From positions 570,001 through 602,000 of the forward strand of contig NZ_CP011035.1 in NCBI RefSeq assembly GCF_001465295.1: 32,000 nt of DNA, given 5' to 3'. Each line of letters begins with the position of its first letter. The stretch's first letter is position 1. Under the pieces are notes generated by a model. The model did not search any database. It was not told where the DNA came from and worked only from the letters and a program-made list of their open reading frames with translations. The translations under genes and the position numbers were made by a program. Source of the stretch: Pseudoalteromonas translucida KMM 520 (GTDB lineage: Bacteria; Pseudomonadota; Gammaproteobacteria; Enterobacterales; Alteromonadaceae). Positions 1 to 9,021 of this stretch are shown in pieces.

Positions 1-251
1 AAGCTAAAAAAATGCTTGTAGGCGTCGATATAAACCCAGCTTATGTACTGGCCGATATTGCCTTAGTCCATTGGCCTGTCGCGTTTATAAATGAGCAGCT
101 GAGCGGCGCATTGGTGGAACAAGTAGGCACACACAGGCAGGTGCTGCAAAATCATAAAACCCTGATCACCATTGACTATAACCACGATGCAATTACGCTG
201 CATAATATTGTTCGTGATTATAAAATAATATTTAAAAAGGTAACTCAGTGA
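1..251 (+). CDS. C-terminal part of a hypothetical protein upstream of the KS genes, in the position of the DUF3261/ApeN-like gene in aryl-polyene-type clusters. The 5' end lies outside the window.
   Basis: The frame is open from base 3 to TGA at 249-251. The stop overlaps the GTG start of the next gene (GTGA), suggesting translational coupling. I recognised no motif, so the family assignment rests on position only. Confidence 0.4.
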   Translation, partial: AKKMLVGVDINPAYVLADIALVHWPVAFINEQLSGALVEQVGTHRQVLQNHKTLITIDYNHDAITLHNIVRDYKIIFKKVTQ

Positions 252-1420
252 CATATTGGCTAAATAACTTAGGTATTGTTAGTGCGATGGGAGTAGGCCA
301 GCAGGCAACGCTCGATAGCTTAAACAGTTATAACTCTGCAACGCCTATATTAACTATAAATTCTACACTTAGCGCGCAACAACAGCCGTTATATGTTGGC
401 CAAGTAACCTCGGTTGCGTTGGCGCAAAAAAAACGTATAAATACCTTTATTGATATGTGCTTAGCGCAAGTACAAACTACTATTGAGCAGTTTTCGCATA
501 TCGATAAATCGCGTATTGCGGTGGTGTTAGGCACGAGTACTTCGGGTATTGCAGATGGTGAACGGGCTCGTGCTCATTTTGAACACACAGCGCAATGGCC
601 CAATGACTTTCATTATTATGAGCAAGAACTTGCTACCCCAGCACACTATATTGCGCAAAAACTTGATGCGCAGGGACCCTGTTATAGTATTTCTACGGCT
701 TGTACATCAAGCGCAAAAGCATTACTAAGTGCCCGCGCACTGCTAAAAGCCGATATGGCGGATGTTGTTATATGCGGTGGCGTCGACACCCTATGCCAAC
801 TTACTCTCAATGGTTTTGATTCGTTAGCGTCGTTAAGTACTGGAGTTTGCCAGCCGTTTTCAAGTAACCGAGATGGCATTAATATTGGTGAAGGCGCAGC
901 ATTATTTGTAATGAGTAAAGGCGTAAGCGCAATTACAGATACAGCAATTGCGCTGTACGGTGGCGGCGAAAGCTCTGATGCACATCATATTTCAGCACCC
1001 GATCCTAATGGTATGGGCGCGCAATCTGCAATGCAAAAAGCACTAAAACAAGCGCAATTAGCTGCCCATGAAATTGACTACATCAATGCACACGGTACCG
1101 CAACGCTAAAAAATGATGAAATGGAGGCACTTGCAATTAATCGTGTGTTTGGCAACAATACGCCACTGAGCTCAAGCAAACACTTAACTGGGCATACCCT
1201 AGGAGCTGCAGGCGCAATTGAAGCCGCGCTATGCTGGCTACTTTTAAAAGGGCAAGGCCAGTATGCATTGCCCTATAACGTATTATCAACAGGCGGTAAC
1301 TTGGCCGATGTAAAAGTAATAAAACAAGCATTTAAGCCCAAATTGCGTTACTGCTTGTCAAACTCATTTGCCTTTGGTGGCAATAACGCTAGTTTAGTTT
1401 TAGGTATTGCCAATGAATGA
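248..1420 (+). CDS. Beta-ketoacyl-ACP synthase (KS I/II family; ApeO-like by gene order)
   Basis: 390 aa. Active-site Cys context STACTSSAKAL, plus the two His motifs NAHGTATLKNDE and KHLTGHTLGAAG and a C-terminal FAFGGNNASLVL. This is a complete Cys-His-His KS triad. Confidence 0.85.
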   Translation: MTYWLNNLGIVSAMGVGQQATLDSLNSYNSATPILTINSTLSAQQQPLYVGQVTSVALAQKKRINTFIDMCLAQVQTTIEQFSHIDKSRIAVVLGTSTSGIADGERARAHFEHTAQWPNDFHYYEQELATPAHYIAQKLDAQGPCYSISTACTSSAKALLSARALLKADMADVVICGGVDTLCQLTLNGFDSLASLSTGVCQPFSSNRDGINIGEGAALFVMSKGVSAITDTAIALYGGGESSDAHHISAPDPNGMGAQSAMQKALKQAQLAAHEIDYINAHGTATLKNDEMEALAINRVFGNNTPLSSSKHLTGHTLGAAGAIEAALCWLLLKGQGQYALPYNVLSTGGNLADVKVIKQAFKPKLRYCLSNSFAFGGNNASLVLGIANE

Positions 1421-1883
1421 GCTGAGCAGTAATCATTACGCAATTGAGCAGTTGCTTGCCCACGACGCACCAATGATTTTAATTGACACTTTAACGCATT
1501 ATAGCGCCGAGAGTGCGCGTTGCCAGGTAACAATTACACCACAAAGTGCATTTTATAACGCCGATATTGCCGGTGTACCCAGTTACATTGGGGTTGAGTA
1601 CATGGCGCAGTCAATAGCCGCTTACGCAGGCGCATTAGCAAACGATGCAAATGAGTCACCTAAAATAGGTTTTTTAATTGGTACGCGTAAATATCAAACC
1701 CATCAAGCGTGTTTTAAAGTTAATAGTAACTTAACCATTAAAGTGCATAAACTGTATCAAGAAGAGTCTGGGTTGAGTGTGTTTGAATGCCAAATAAACC
1801 ACGGCGATACATTAGTATGTGAAGCAAAAATTAATGTTTTTCAGCCCGAAAATCCGCTGGAATTTATAAGAGAAAATCAATGA
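1413..1883 (+). CDS. Hotdog-fold 3-hydroxyacyl-ACP dehydratase-like protein (ApeP-like by position)
   Basis: About 156 aa, sitting between the KS and KR genes. The ATG at 1413 overlaps the upstream stop (ATGAATGA); the ORF track begins at TTG 1407. Size and position fit FabA/FabZ-like hotdog proteins of APE clusters. I confirmed no catalytic motif by eye. Confidence 0.65.
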   Translation: MNELSSNHYAIEQLLAHDAPMILIDTLTHYSAESARCQVTITPQSAFYNADIAGVPSYIGVEYMAQSIAAYAGALANDANESPKIGFLIGTRKYQTHQACFKVNSNLTIKVHKLYQEESGLSVFECQINHGDTLVCEAKINVFQPENPLEFIRENQ

Positions 1884-1927
1884 CAAAACGAATTTTAGTC
1901 ACAGGTTCAAGCCGTGGCATAGGCTAA
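1880..1927 (+). pseudogene. 5' fragment of an SDR 3-oxoacyl-ACP reductase (FabG/ApeQ-like) truncated by IS insertion
   Basis: The ATG at 1880 overlaps the dehydratase stop (ATGA). It encodes MTKRILVTGSSRGIG, the TGxxxGxG Rossmann motif, and then hits TAA at 1925-1927, the first bases of the IS. Confidence 0.85.
1915..1924. repeat. Target-site duplication, left copy (tggcataggc)
   Basis: The identical 10-mer recurs at 3350-3359, immediately flanking the IS. The bases beyond it differ (g vs a), so the duplication is at most 10 bp and at least 9. Confidence 0.8.
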
Positions 1928-1959
1928 CACCACTCGTTTAAGAACGAGTGGTGTTTTTT
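1926..1959 (+). terminator. Terminator-like hairpin in the left IS end: 13-bp perfect stem, taag loop, T6
   Basis: aacaccactcgtt (1926-1938) pairs perfectly with aacgagtggtgtt (1943-1955) and is followed by a T run to 1959 on the + strand. It overlaps the transposase stop codon (1938-1940, minus strand). Confidence 0.5.
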
Positions 1960-3284
1960 CGTTTATACCTAACCGGATATTTTTGTGTCTTTGCGAGCAC
2001 CGCTCGCGGATAAGCTTTTCGCTTTCTTTTCTCCGGTAATATTAGCCGTTTCCCGTTTTCACGTAGTTCTTTCAGCTTTTTAGGGATTGTCCCGGGGCTT
2101 CGACCTGAGCACCATAAAAACTCGTCTTGTATCAGGTATAATGCGTTTATGAAACTGATGCGTAATGGCTCCACTTTATGGGCTTTAGCCATCTCTGCCA
2201 TTTCAAGCCTCACGATATTGTATGACGTCAGAATACCCCATAGTTCTTGATAAATACCTTCCTGTTTCAGGCTCCGTAGCGCTGGTTTACTAGATAATTG
2301 ATATTGCTTGAGCTCACCATATCCTCGCTCTATTTCCCACCTTTGCCAATAAACACCGAGTAGCGCTTTTAGCGGGTATTTTTCTGGACAGACGCATGAG
2401 GTGATGAACCCTTTTATTTCACCTTTAGGTGTTGGAATTTGAATAAGTCTTGCTTGCCATGTATCACCTAGGTAAGGGGCTGATTTTTTAGCTTGTGGCG
2501 AAATAGGCATTGTTATTAAGTGGTCATACTCACTAAATGATCCCGTTATTTCATAGCGCATTTTGCTTTTAATGGGCGTAAGCCAATGATGATTTTCGCT
2601 AACACCTTGCCAGCTCGTGAATAGTTCAGCCGAAAAGAAACCTCTATCAAATAGGGTCAATGAATGTTCAGGTGCTGAGCCAACAAGCTGTTGAGCATAA
2701 TGAATTTCACTTTGAGTGATAGGGCCAAACGCTGCATCGGATATTAAATGCGTTCTTGTCGACATCAAGGTCACAGCAAGTACTGAGGGAAAGTTAGTTG
2801 TCGATTGAGCATATCCAAAGTGACGGTTACTCGGGGTATCTTGGGTTTTAAATTGTGTACCGTCAACGCTTAGTAGCTTTAAACCACAGACGTCATCAAA
2901 CGTTTGCGACTGCTCCCACTGCGTTGCTGTATGTTTAAAAAGGTGCTTCATAGGCGCAGCGCCTAGCTTTTCTTTCCCTTTTATAATACTGCTGGTCGCC
3001 AATGGTGGAAGCTCTCCTTTAGCGTCAGGAAAAGCGAGCTCTAGTTTGTCACAGACTTCAGATATTGAGCGGTTTCTTAATAAACCAATTCCTAACACAA
3101 GCCAAGCGGCTTGCTCGGCGGGGAAGCGTCGTTTGCGTACTGATGCTCTTCCTGTTTGGGTAACAGCTTCTTCAATCCACTCAAGGGGAATGTGCTTAGT
3201 GAACGAATCAATATCACGAACTTGGCAAAACTCAGTAGTAAGGTGTAATTCTTTAATAAATTCAGACATAAAAATAGGCCACAA
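1938..3284 (-). CDS. IS4-family DDE transposase
   Basis: Contains YWQRWEIERGYGELK, a perfect Y-(2)-R-(3)-E-(6)-K IS4-family signature. Also has LLSVDGTQF and LTLFDRGFFS (DDE aspartates) and the N-terminal VRKRRFPAEQAAWLVLGIGL block. It is collinear with my recollection of E. coli IS4 InsG, including the C-terminal SPGxIP...YPRxV. The start may instead be the ATG at 3269 (MSEFIKEL). Confidence 0.92.
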   Translation of the reverse strand: MWPIFMSEFIKELHLTTEFCQVRDIDSFTKHIPLEWIEEAVTQTGRASVRKRRFPAEQAAWLVLGIGLLRNRSISEVCDKLELAFPDAKGELPPLATSSIIKGKEKLGAAPMKHLFKHTATQWEQSQTFDDVCGLKLLSVDGTQFKTQDTPSNRHFGYAQSTTNFPSVLAVTLMSTRTHLISDAAFGPITQSEIHYAQQLVGSAPEHSLTLFDRGFFSAELFTSWQGVSENHHWLTPIKSKMRYEITGSFSEYDHLITMPISPQAKKSAPYLGDTWQARLIQIPTPKGEIKGFITSCVCPEKYPLKALLGVYWQRWEIERGYGELKQYQLSSKPALRSLKQEGIYQELWGILTSYNIVRLEMAEMAKAHKVEPLRISFINALYLIQDEFLWCSGRSPGTIPKKLKELRENGKRLILPEKRKRKAYPRAVLAKTQKYPVRYKRKNTTRS

Positions 3285-3349
3285 CTTTTGTTGTAGCCTA
3301 TTATGAAGCCTCTGAAAGATCGTTCAATTAGCTTAAACGATCTGCATTA

Positions 3350-3359
3350 TGGCATAGGC
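3350..3359. repeat. Target-site duplication, right copy (tggcataggc)
   Basis: Identical to 1915-1924. Confidence 0.8.
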
Positions 3360-4040
3360 AGGGCTATTGCGCTTAAATTAGCATCGCAAGGGTACGACAT
3401 TACAGTGCATTGTAAAAGTGGTGTGGCAGATGCACAAGCAACTTGCGCAGCAATACAGGCATTAGGCCAAGCTACTAGCTTATTACAATTTGATGTATGC
3501 GACAGAGCCGCCGCCAAAGCACAAATAGAGCAAGATATAGCCCAGCATGGCGCTTATTACGGCGTGGTATGTAACGCGGGTATAACCAATGATATGGCGT
3601 TTCCGGCAATGCAAGGCGAGGACTGGGATTGCGTTATTCGTACCGGACTTGATGGCTTTTATAATGTAGTGCACCCCACGGTAATGCCTATGGTGCAAAA
3701 CCGTAAAGGCGGGCGTATTGTAACTATGGCTTCTGTATCGGGTATTGCCGGTAACCGTGGGCAAGTAAATTACAGTGCGGCAAAAGCCGGTATTATTGGC
3801 GCTACTAAAGCATTGTCGTTAGAGCTGGCTAAGCGAAAAATAACCGTAAACTGCGTTGCACCTGGGTTAATAGAAACCGCAATGACAGACGAGTTACCGG
3901 TAGACGAAATGCTAAAAATGATCCCGCTTAAGCGTATGGGCACAGTAGATGAAGTTGCGGGTACTGTGGCATTTTTAATCTCAGATGATGCGGCCTACAT
4001 TACTCGCCAAGTCATTTCAGTTAACGGCGGTATGGTGTAA
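3351..4040 (+). pseudogene. 3' portion of the SDR 3-oxoacyl-ACP reductase (FabG/ApeQ-like) interrupted by the IS
   Basis: GIGRAIALKLASQGYDITVHC continues the Rossmann motif begun at 1880. Also has NAG (CNAGIT), the catalytic S...YxxxK (ASVSG...YSAAKAG), and PGLIET. The tracked ORF 3303-4040 starts at an ATG inside the IS end and adds 16 IS-derived codons. Confidence 0.85.
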
Positions 4041-5269
4041 TGAAGCGCGTTGTAGTGACAGGCATGTCGGTTATCACCGCACTTGGCGATGAATGGTCGG
4101 TATTTAAACAAGCACTGATCAAAGGCGAAAATGCAGTGACCACTATGCCACAGTGGGACAAAGCGCCAGAGCTTAATACGCGTTTAGCGGCGCCGGTTAC
4201 TCACTTTGAGCGACCGAGCCATTATAAGCGCAAACAAATACGCTCAATGGGGCGGGTGGCGCTTATGTCTACACGCGCTACAGAGTGTGCATTAGAGCAA
4301 GCTCAACTGCTCAATCATACTAGCTTAACCGATGGTTCTACAGGGGTTTCTTATGGCTCATCTATAGGGTCAACTCCGCCGTTACTCGCGTTTGCTAATA
4401 TGATGGAGTCGGGTTCTATGTCTGGGGTAACAGCCACTAGCTATATTCAAATGATGGCGCATACCGCTCCGGTTAATGTTGGGGTGTTTTTTGGTTTAAA
4501 AGGGCGAGTGATCACCACAAGCTCAGCCTGTACCTCGGGCTCACAAGGTATTGGTTATGCCTATGAGGCAATAAAATTTGGTCGTCAAAAGGTGATGGTT
4601 GCTGGTGGTGCAGAGGAGTTATGCATTACCGAAGCCGCAGTATTTGATACCTTATATGCTACCAGCACAAAAAACGACACACCCAAGTTAACCCCAAGGC
4701 CATTTGATAAAAGCCGTGATGGATTAGTGATTGGCGAAGGTGCTGGCACACTGATTTTAGAAGAGTACGAACACGCAAAAGCGCGCGGTGCCACTATACT
4801 GGCAGAAGTGGTGGGTTTTGGTTGTAATAGTGATGGTGAGCATGTTACTCAGCCTACCTCTAAAACAATGCAAATAGCGATTGAACAGGCCCTACAAGAT
4901 GCTAATTTAACTGCCCAGCAAATTGGTTATGTAAGTGCGCACGGCACTTCAACCGATCGAGGCGATATAGCAGAGTCGCATGCCACTTTTAACGCTTTAG
5001 GGGCAAAACCCATTAGCTCTTTAAAAAGTTATTTAGGCCACACTTTGGGCGCATGCGGTGCTATTGAAGCGTGGGCGACGATTAATATGATGAATGATAA
5101 CTGGTTTGCCCCCACAATAAACCTCACCGAGGTAGATAACGACTGCGCTCAACTTGACTATATAACCGAGCAAGGGCGAGAAATTAACACCGATTATGTA
5201 ATGAGTAATAACTTTGCTTTTGGCGGTATTAATACCTCTTTAATATTTAAACGCTATAAAACAGATTAA
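4040..5269 (+). CDS. Beta-ketoacyl-ACP synthase (FabB/FabF-like; ApeR-like by position)
   Basis: 409 aa with TSSACTSGSQ (Cys), SAHGTSTDRGD (His), SYLGHTLGACG (His) and NNFAFGGINTSL. The ATG overlaps the upstream stop (TAATG). Confidence 0.85.
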   Translation: MKRVVVTGMSVITALGDEWSVFKQALIKGENAVTTMPQWDKAPELNTRLAAPVTHFERPSHYKRKQIRSMGRVALMSTRATECALEQAQLLNHTSLTDGSTGVSYGSSIGSTPPLLAFANMMESGSMSGVTATSYIQMMAHTAPVNVGVFFGLKGRVITTSSACTSGSQGIGYAYEAIKFGRQKVMVAGGAEELCITEAAVFDTLYATSTKNDTPKLTPRPFDKSRDGLVIGEGAGTLILEEYEHAKARGATILAEVVGFGCNSDGEHVTQPTSKTMQIAIEQALQDANLTAQQIGYVSAHGTSTDRGDIAESHATFNALGAKPISSLKSYLGHTLGACGAIEAWATINMMNDNWFAPTINLTEVDNDCAQLDYITEQGREINTDYVMSNNFAFGGINTSLIFKRYKTD

Positions 5270-5359
5270 ACCATGCAAAAGTAAAGTAATGACTAACTGT
5301 TAGCACTTTTTTACTGTATAATTTGCGACCCTTGATAATGTGGCCGCAGGTTATACACC

Positions 5360-6661
<1,302 letters not shown>

Positions 6662-6700
6662 TTAATAATGCGCTAACCTAATATGGTTATTTGCAGTTAC

Positions 6701-6731
6701 AAAAAAACCTGAGCTTGCTCAGGTTTTTTTG
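6701..6731. terminator. Bidirectional rho-independent terminator between convergent genes
   Basis: Sequence is aaaaaaa-cctgagc-tt-gctcagg-tttttttt. The GC-containing stem is flanked by an A run and a T run, so it can serve rhlE (+) and the FAD protein gene (-). Confidence 0.8.
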
Positions 6732-6752
6732 TGGCTTAATTTAATAAAACGC

Positions 6753-8363
6753 TTATTTTGCGTTTTCTAGCATTGAAAGCGCCACCGCTTCAGCGGCTTT
6801 AATACCATCAATACCTGCCGATAAAATACCACCGGCATAGCCTGCGCCTTCGCCAGAAGGGTAAAGCCCTTTAGTATTAATACTTTGAAGTGTTTTATCG
6901 CGCTTAATACTTACCGGCGAAGAGGTACGTGTTTCTACACCTGTTAGTAAGCCATCATTAGTTGAAAAACCACGAATTTGCTTATTAAATGCCGGAATTG
7001 CTTCACGCAGAGCATCAATTGCATATTTAGGTAATACATTGGCTAAATCGGTTAATTTAATACCCGGCGTGTAAGATGATTGCACATCGCCTAAAGCTGA
7101 TGACGATTTACCCTTTAAAAAGTCGCCAATAAGTTGTGCTGGCGCATCGTAATTACTGCCGCCAAGTTCGTATGCTTGTTTTTCAAGTTTACGTTGTAAC
7201 TCAATACCCGCTAATGGGTGACCTGGGAAGTCTTGCTCTGGCGAAATACCCACAACAATAGCGCTGTTTGCATTGCGTTCACTACGTGAATATTGGCTCA
7301 TACCATTGGTAACAACTAGGCCTTCTTCAGAGGTAGCTGCAACCACAGTCCCCCCTGGGCACATACAAAAACTATATACAGTACGGCCATTATCACAGTG
7401 GTGAACTAGTTTGTAATCAGCAGAGCCTAAAATGGGGTTACCTGCATTGTCGCCAAAGCGGCACTCATCGATCATAGATTGCTTATGCTCGATTCTAAAG
7501 CCCACCGAAAATGGTTTAGCTTCCATGTAAATACCTTTTTTATATAGCATATCAAAGGTATCACGGGCACTGTGGCCCACAGCAAGCACTACATGGCGGG
7601 TATTTAGCTGCTCGCCATTTGACAGGGTTAAGCCCGTTACTTGGCCGTCTTCTAAATGAATATCGTCTACGCGAGTGCTAAAGCGAATTTCGCCGCCTAG
7701 CTCTACAATATGCGCGCGCATTTTTTCAATCATAGTTACCAGTTTAAAGGTTCCTATGTGCGGCTTACTTACGTATAAAATTTCTTCTGGCGCGCCAGCG
7801 GCAACAAACTCGGTAATAACTTTACGGCCATAATGTTTTGGATCTTTTACTTGGCTGTATAATTTACCGTCGGAGAATGTACCTGCGCCGCCTTCACCAA
7901 ATTGTACATTTGACTCGGTATTTAGGGCACGCTTACGCCAAAAGCCAAAGGTATCTTTAGTGCGCTCGCGTACTTCTTTACCACGCTCTAATATTATTGG
8001 CTTAAAGCCCATTTGTGCCAACACTAAACCCGCAAATAAACCACAAGGGCCAAAGCCTATTACGACAGGGCGCTCTTTTAAATCGTTATTTGCCTGGGCA
8101 ACAAACTTATAAGCGGTGTCGGGTGCTACTTTTACATGCTGATCTTTGGCAAAGGTAGTGAGCAACTGCTCTTCGTTATCAACGCTTATATCTAAGGTAT
8201 AAATAAGTAAAATAGCTGTTTTTTTACGGGCATCGTAACCACGTTTAAACACATTAAAACTATGTAACTGTTCTGGCGTTATTTTTAGCTTACTGACAAT
8301 AGCATCTTTAATTGCATTTTCGTCATGATCTAGCGGTAGTTTTATTTCGGTTAAACGTATCAT
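6753..8363 (-). CDS. FAD-dependent dehydrogenase (COG2509-type NAD(FAD)-utilizing protein)
   Basis: 536 aa. The dinucleotide-binding motif VVIGFGPCGLFAGLVLAQMG is followed by ILERG, and there is a C-terminal GEGAGYAGGI motif typical of this family. The family name is from memory. Confidence 0.7.
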   Translation of the reverse strand: MIRLTEIKLPLDHDENAIKDAIVSKLKITPEQLHSFNVFKRGYDARKKTAILLIYTLDISVDNEEQLLTTFAKDQHVKVAPDTAYKFVAQANNDLKERPVVIGFGPCGLFAGLVLAQMGFKPIILERGKEVRERTKDTFGFWRKRALNTESNVQFGEGGAGTFSDGKLYSQVKDPKHYGRKVITEFVAAGAPEEILYVSKPHIGTFKLVTMIEKMRAHIVELGGEIRFSTRVDDIHLEDGQVTGLTLSNGEQLNTRHVVLAVGHSARDTFDMLYKKGIYMEAKPFSVGFRIEHKQSMIDECRFGDNAGNPILGSADYKLVHHCDNGRTVYSFCMCPGGTVVAATSEEGLVVTNGMSQYSRSERNANSAIVVGISPEQDFPGHPLAGIELQRKLEKQAYELGGSNYDAPAQLIGDFLKGKSSSALGDVQSSYTPGIKLTDLANVLPKYAIDALREAIPAFNKQIRGFSTNDGLLTGVETRTSSPVSIKRDKTLQSINTKGLYPSGEGAGYAGGILSAGIDGIKAAEAVALSMLENAK

Positions 8364-8557
8364 TTTGTCTCTTTTAGGTGTCTTAGCGGGCTTTTAATTA
8401 CCGCTCACAATAAGGGGAGTAGCGCAAATTGCACCACAAAACATAAGGCGCTTATTTTACGTTAAATTACGCTATTATGGCACTTATATATTGTATTTTA
8501 GCCTTGGTTGGGTATGATCCGCCGTTGTCGTTATAAAACCTTAGGCATTGAACCATT

Positions 8558-8881
8558 ATGGCATTTGTAGTCACCGAAAATTGTATTAAATGTAAGTACA
8601 CAGATTGCGTATCAGTGTGCCCAGCAGATGCATTTTTTGAAGGCCCTAACTTTTTAGCTATAAGCCCAATTGATTGCATTGACTGTGGTTTATGCGTACC
8701 TGAATGTTCAGCTGATGCTATTTATCAAGAAGATGAATTACCAGAGTCACAACAAGAGTTTACCGAGCTAAATGCCGAACTTGCGCTTATATGGCCACGC
8801 ATTACCCAGGCAAAACCAGCCCCAGATGATGCTGATGAGTGGAATGGTATTGCTGATAAACTCAAGCTTATTGAAACCTAA
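8558..8881 (+). CDS. fdxA: 7Fe (3Fe-4S plus 4Fe-4S) ferredoxin, Azotobacter FdI type
   Basis: [55 protein letters not shown] carries the CxxCxxxC...CP and CxxCxxC...C cluster ligands. The sequence is nearly collinear with Pseudomonas/Azotobacter FdxA. Confidence 0.9.
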   Translation: MAFVVTENCIKCKYTDCVSVCPADAFFEGPNFLAISPIDCIDCGLCVPECSADAIYQEDELPESQQEFTELNAELALIWPRITQAKPAPDDADEWNGIADKLKLIET

Positions 8882-9021
8882 TCGCTGCGCTTAAATACTT
8901 CTTTATTATTAATTAGTTAATGTTATGCAAAAAAATCTTTGCAAGGTGTTAACAAACCCACTGGTATAAACTACAATCCACGCCAGAAATTACTCTTATT
9001 GAGTAATTTAAGTCTAAATGG

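Larger units (their letters stand above)
1925..3349 (-). mobile_element. IS4-family insertion sequence (IS4 subgroup), about 1425 bp, apparently intact
   Basis: Carries a single 448-aa DDE transposase. The imperfect terminal inverted repeats are taacaccactcgtttaaga (1925-1943) and the reverse complement of 3331-3349, taatgcagatcgtttaagc (13/19 identical, shared core TCGTTTAAG). It is flanked by a 10-bp direct repeat. The size is nearly the same as E. coli IS4 (1426 bp, from memory). Confidence 0.9.

Noticed and set aside
3046-3306. An 86-aa + strand ORF inside the IS, antisense to the transposase 5' region
   Set aside because: It is embedded in the well-supported IS4 transposase gene and has no motif. 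IS4-type elements encode a single transposase.
5296-5325. A possible promoter upstream of rhlE (a TATAAT box preceded by tg)
   Set aside because: The TATAAT hexamer is present, but the TG is one position off for an extended -10 and no acceptable -35 sits at 16-18 nt. This is too weak to report as a feature.
8478-8494. A sigma54-like TGGCAC hexamer upstream of fdxA
   Set aside because: The downstream element is mis-spaced. The arrangement is GG-N12-G rather than GG-N10-GC, and no TTGC sits at the -12 position.
8467-8679. A 70-aa minus-strand ORF overlapping the fdxA start
   Set aside because: It is antisense to the unmistakable ferredoxin gene.
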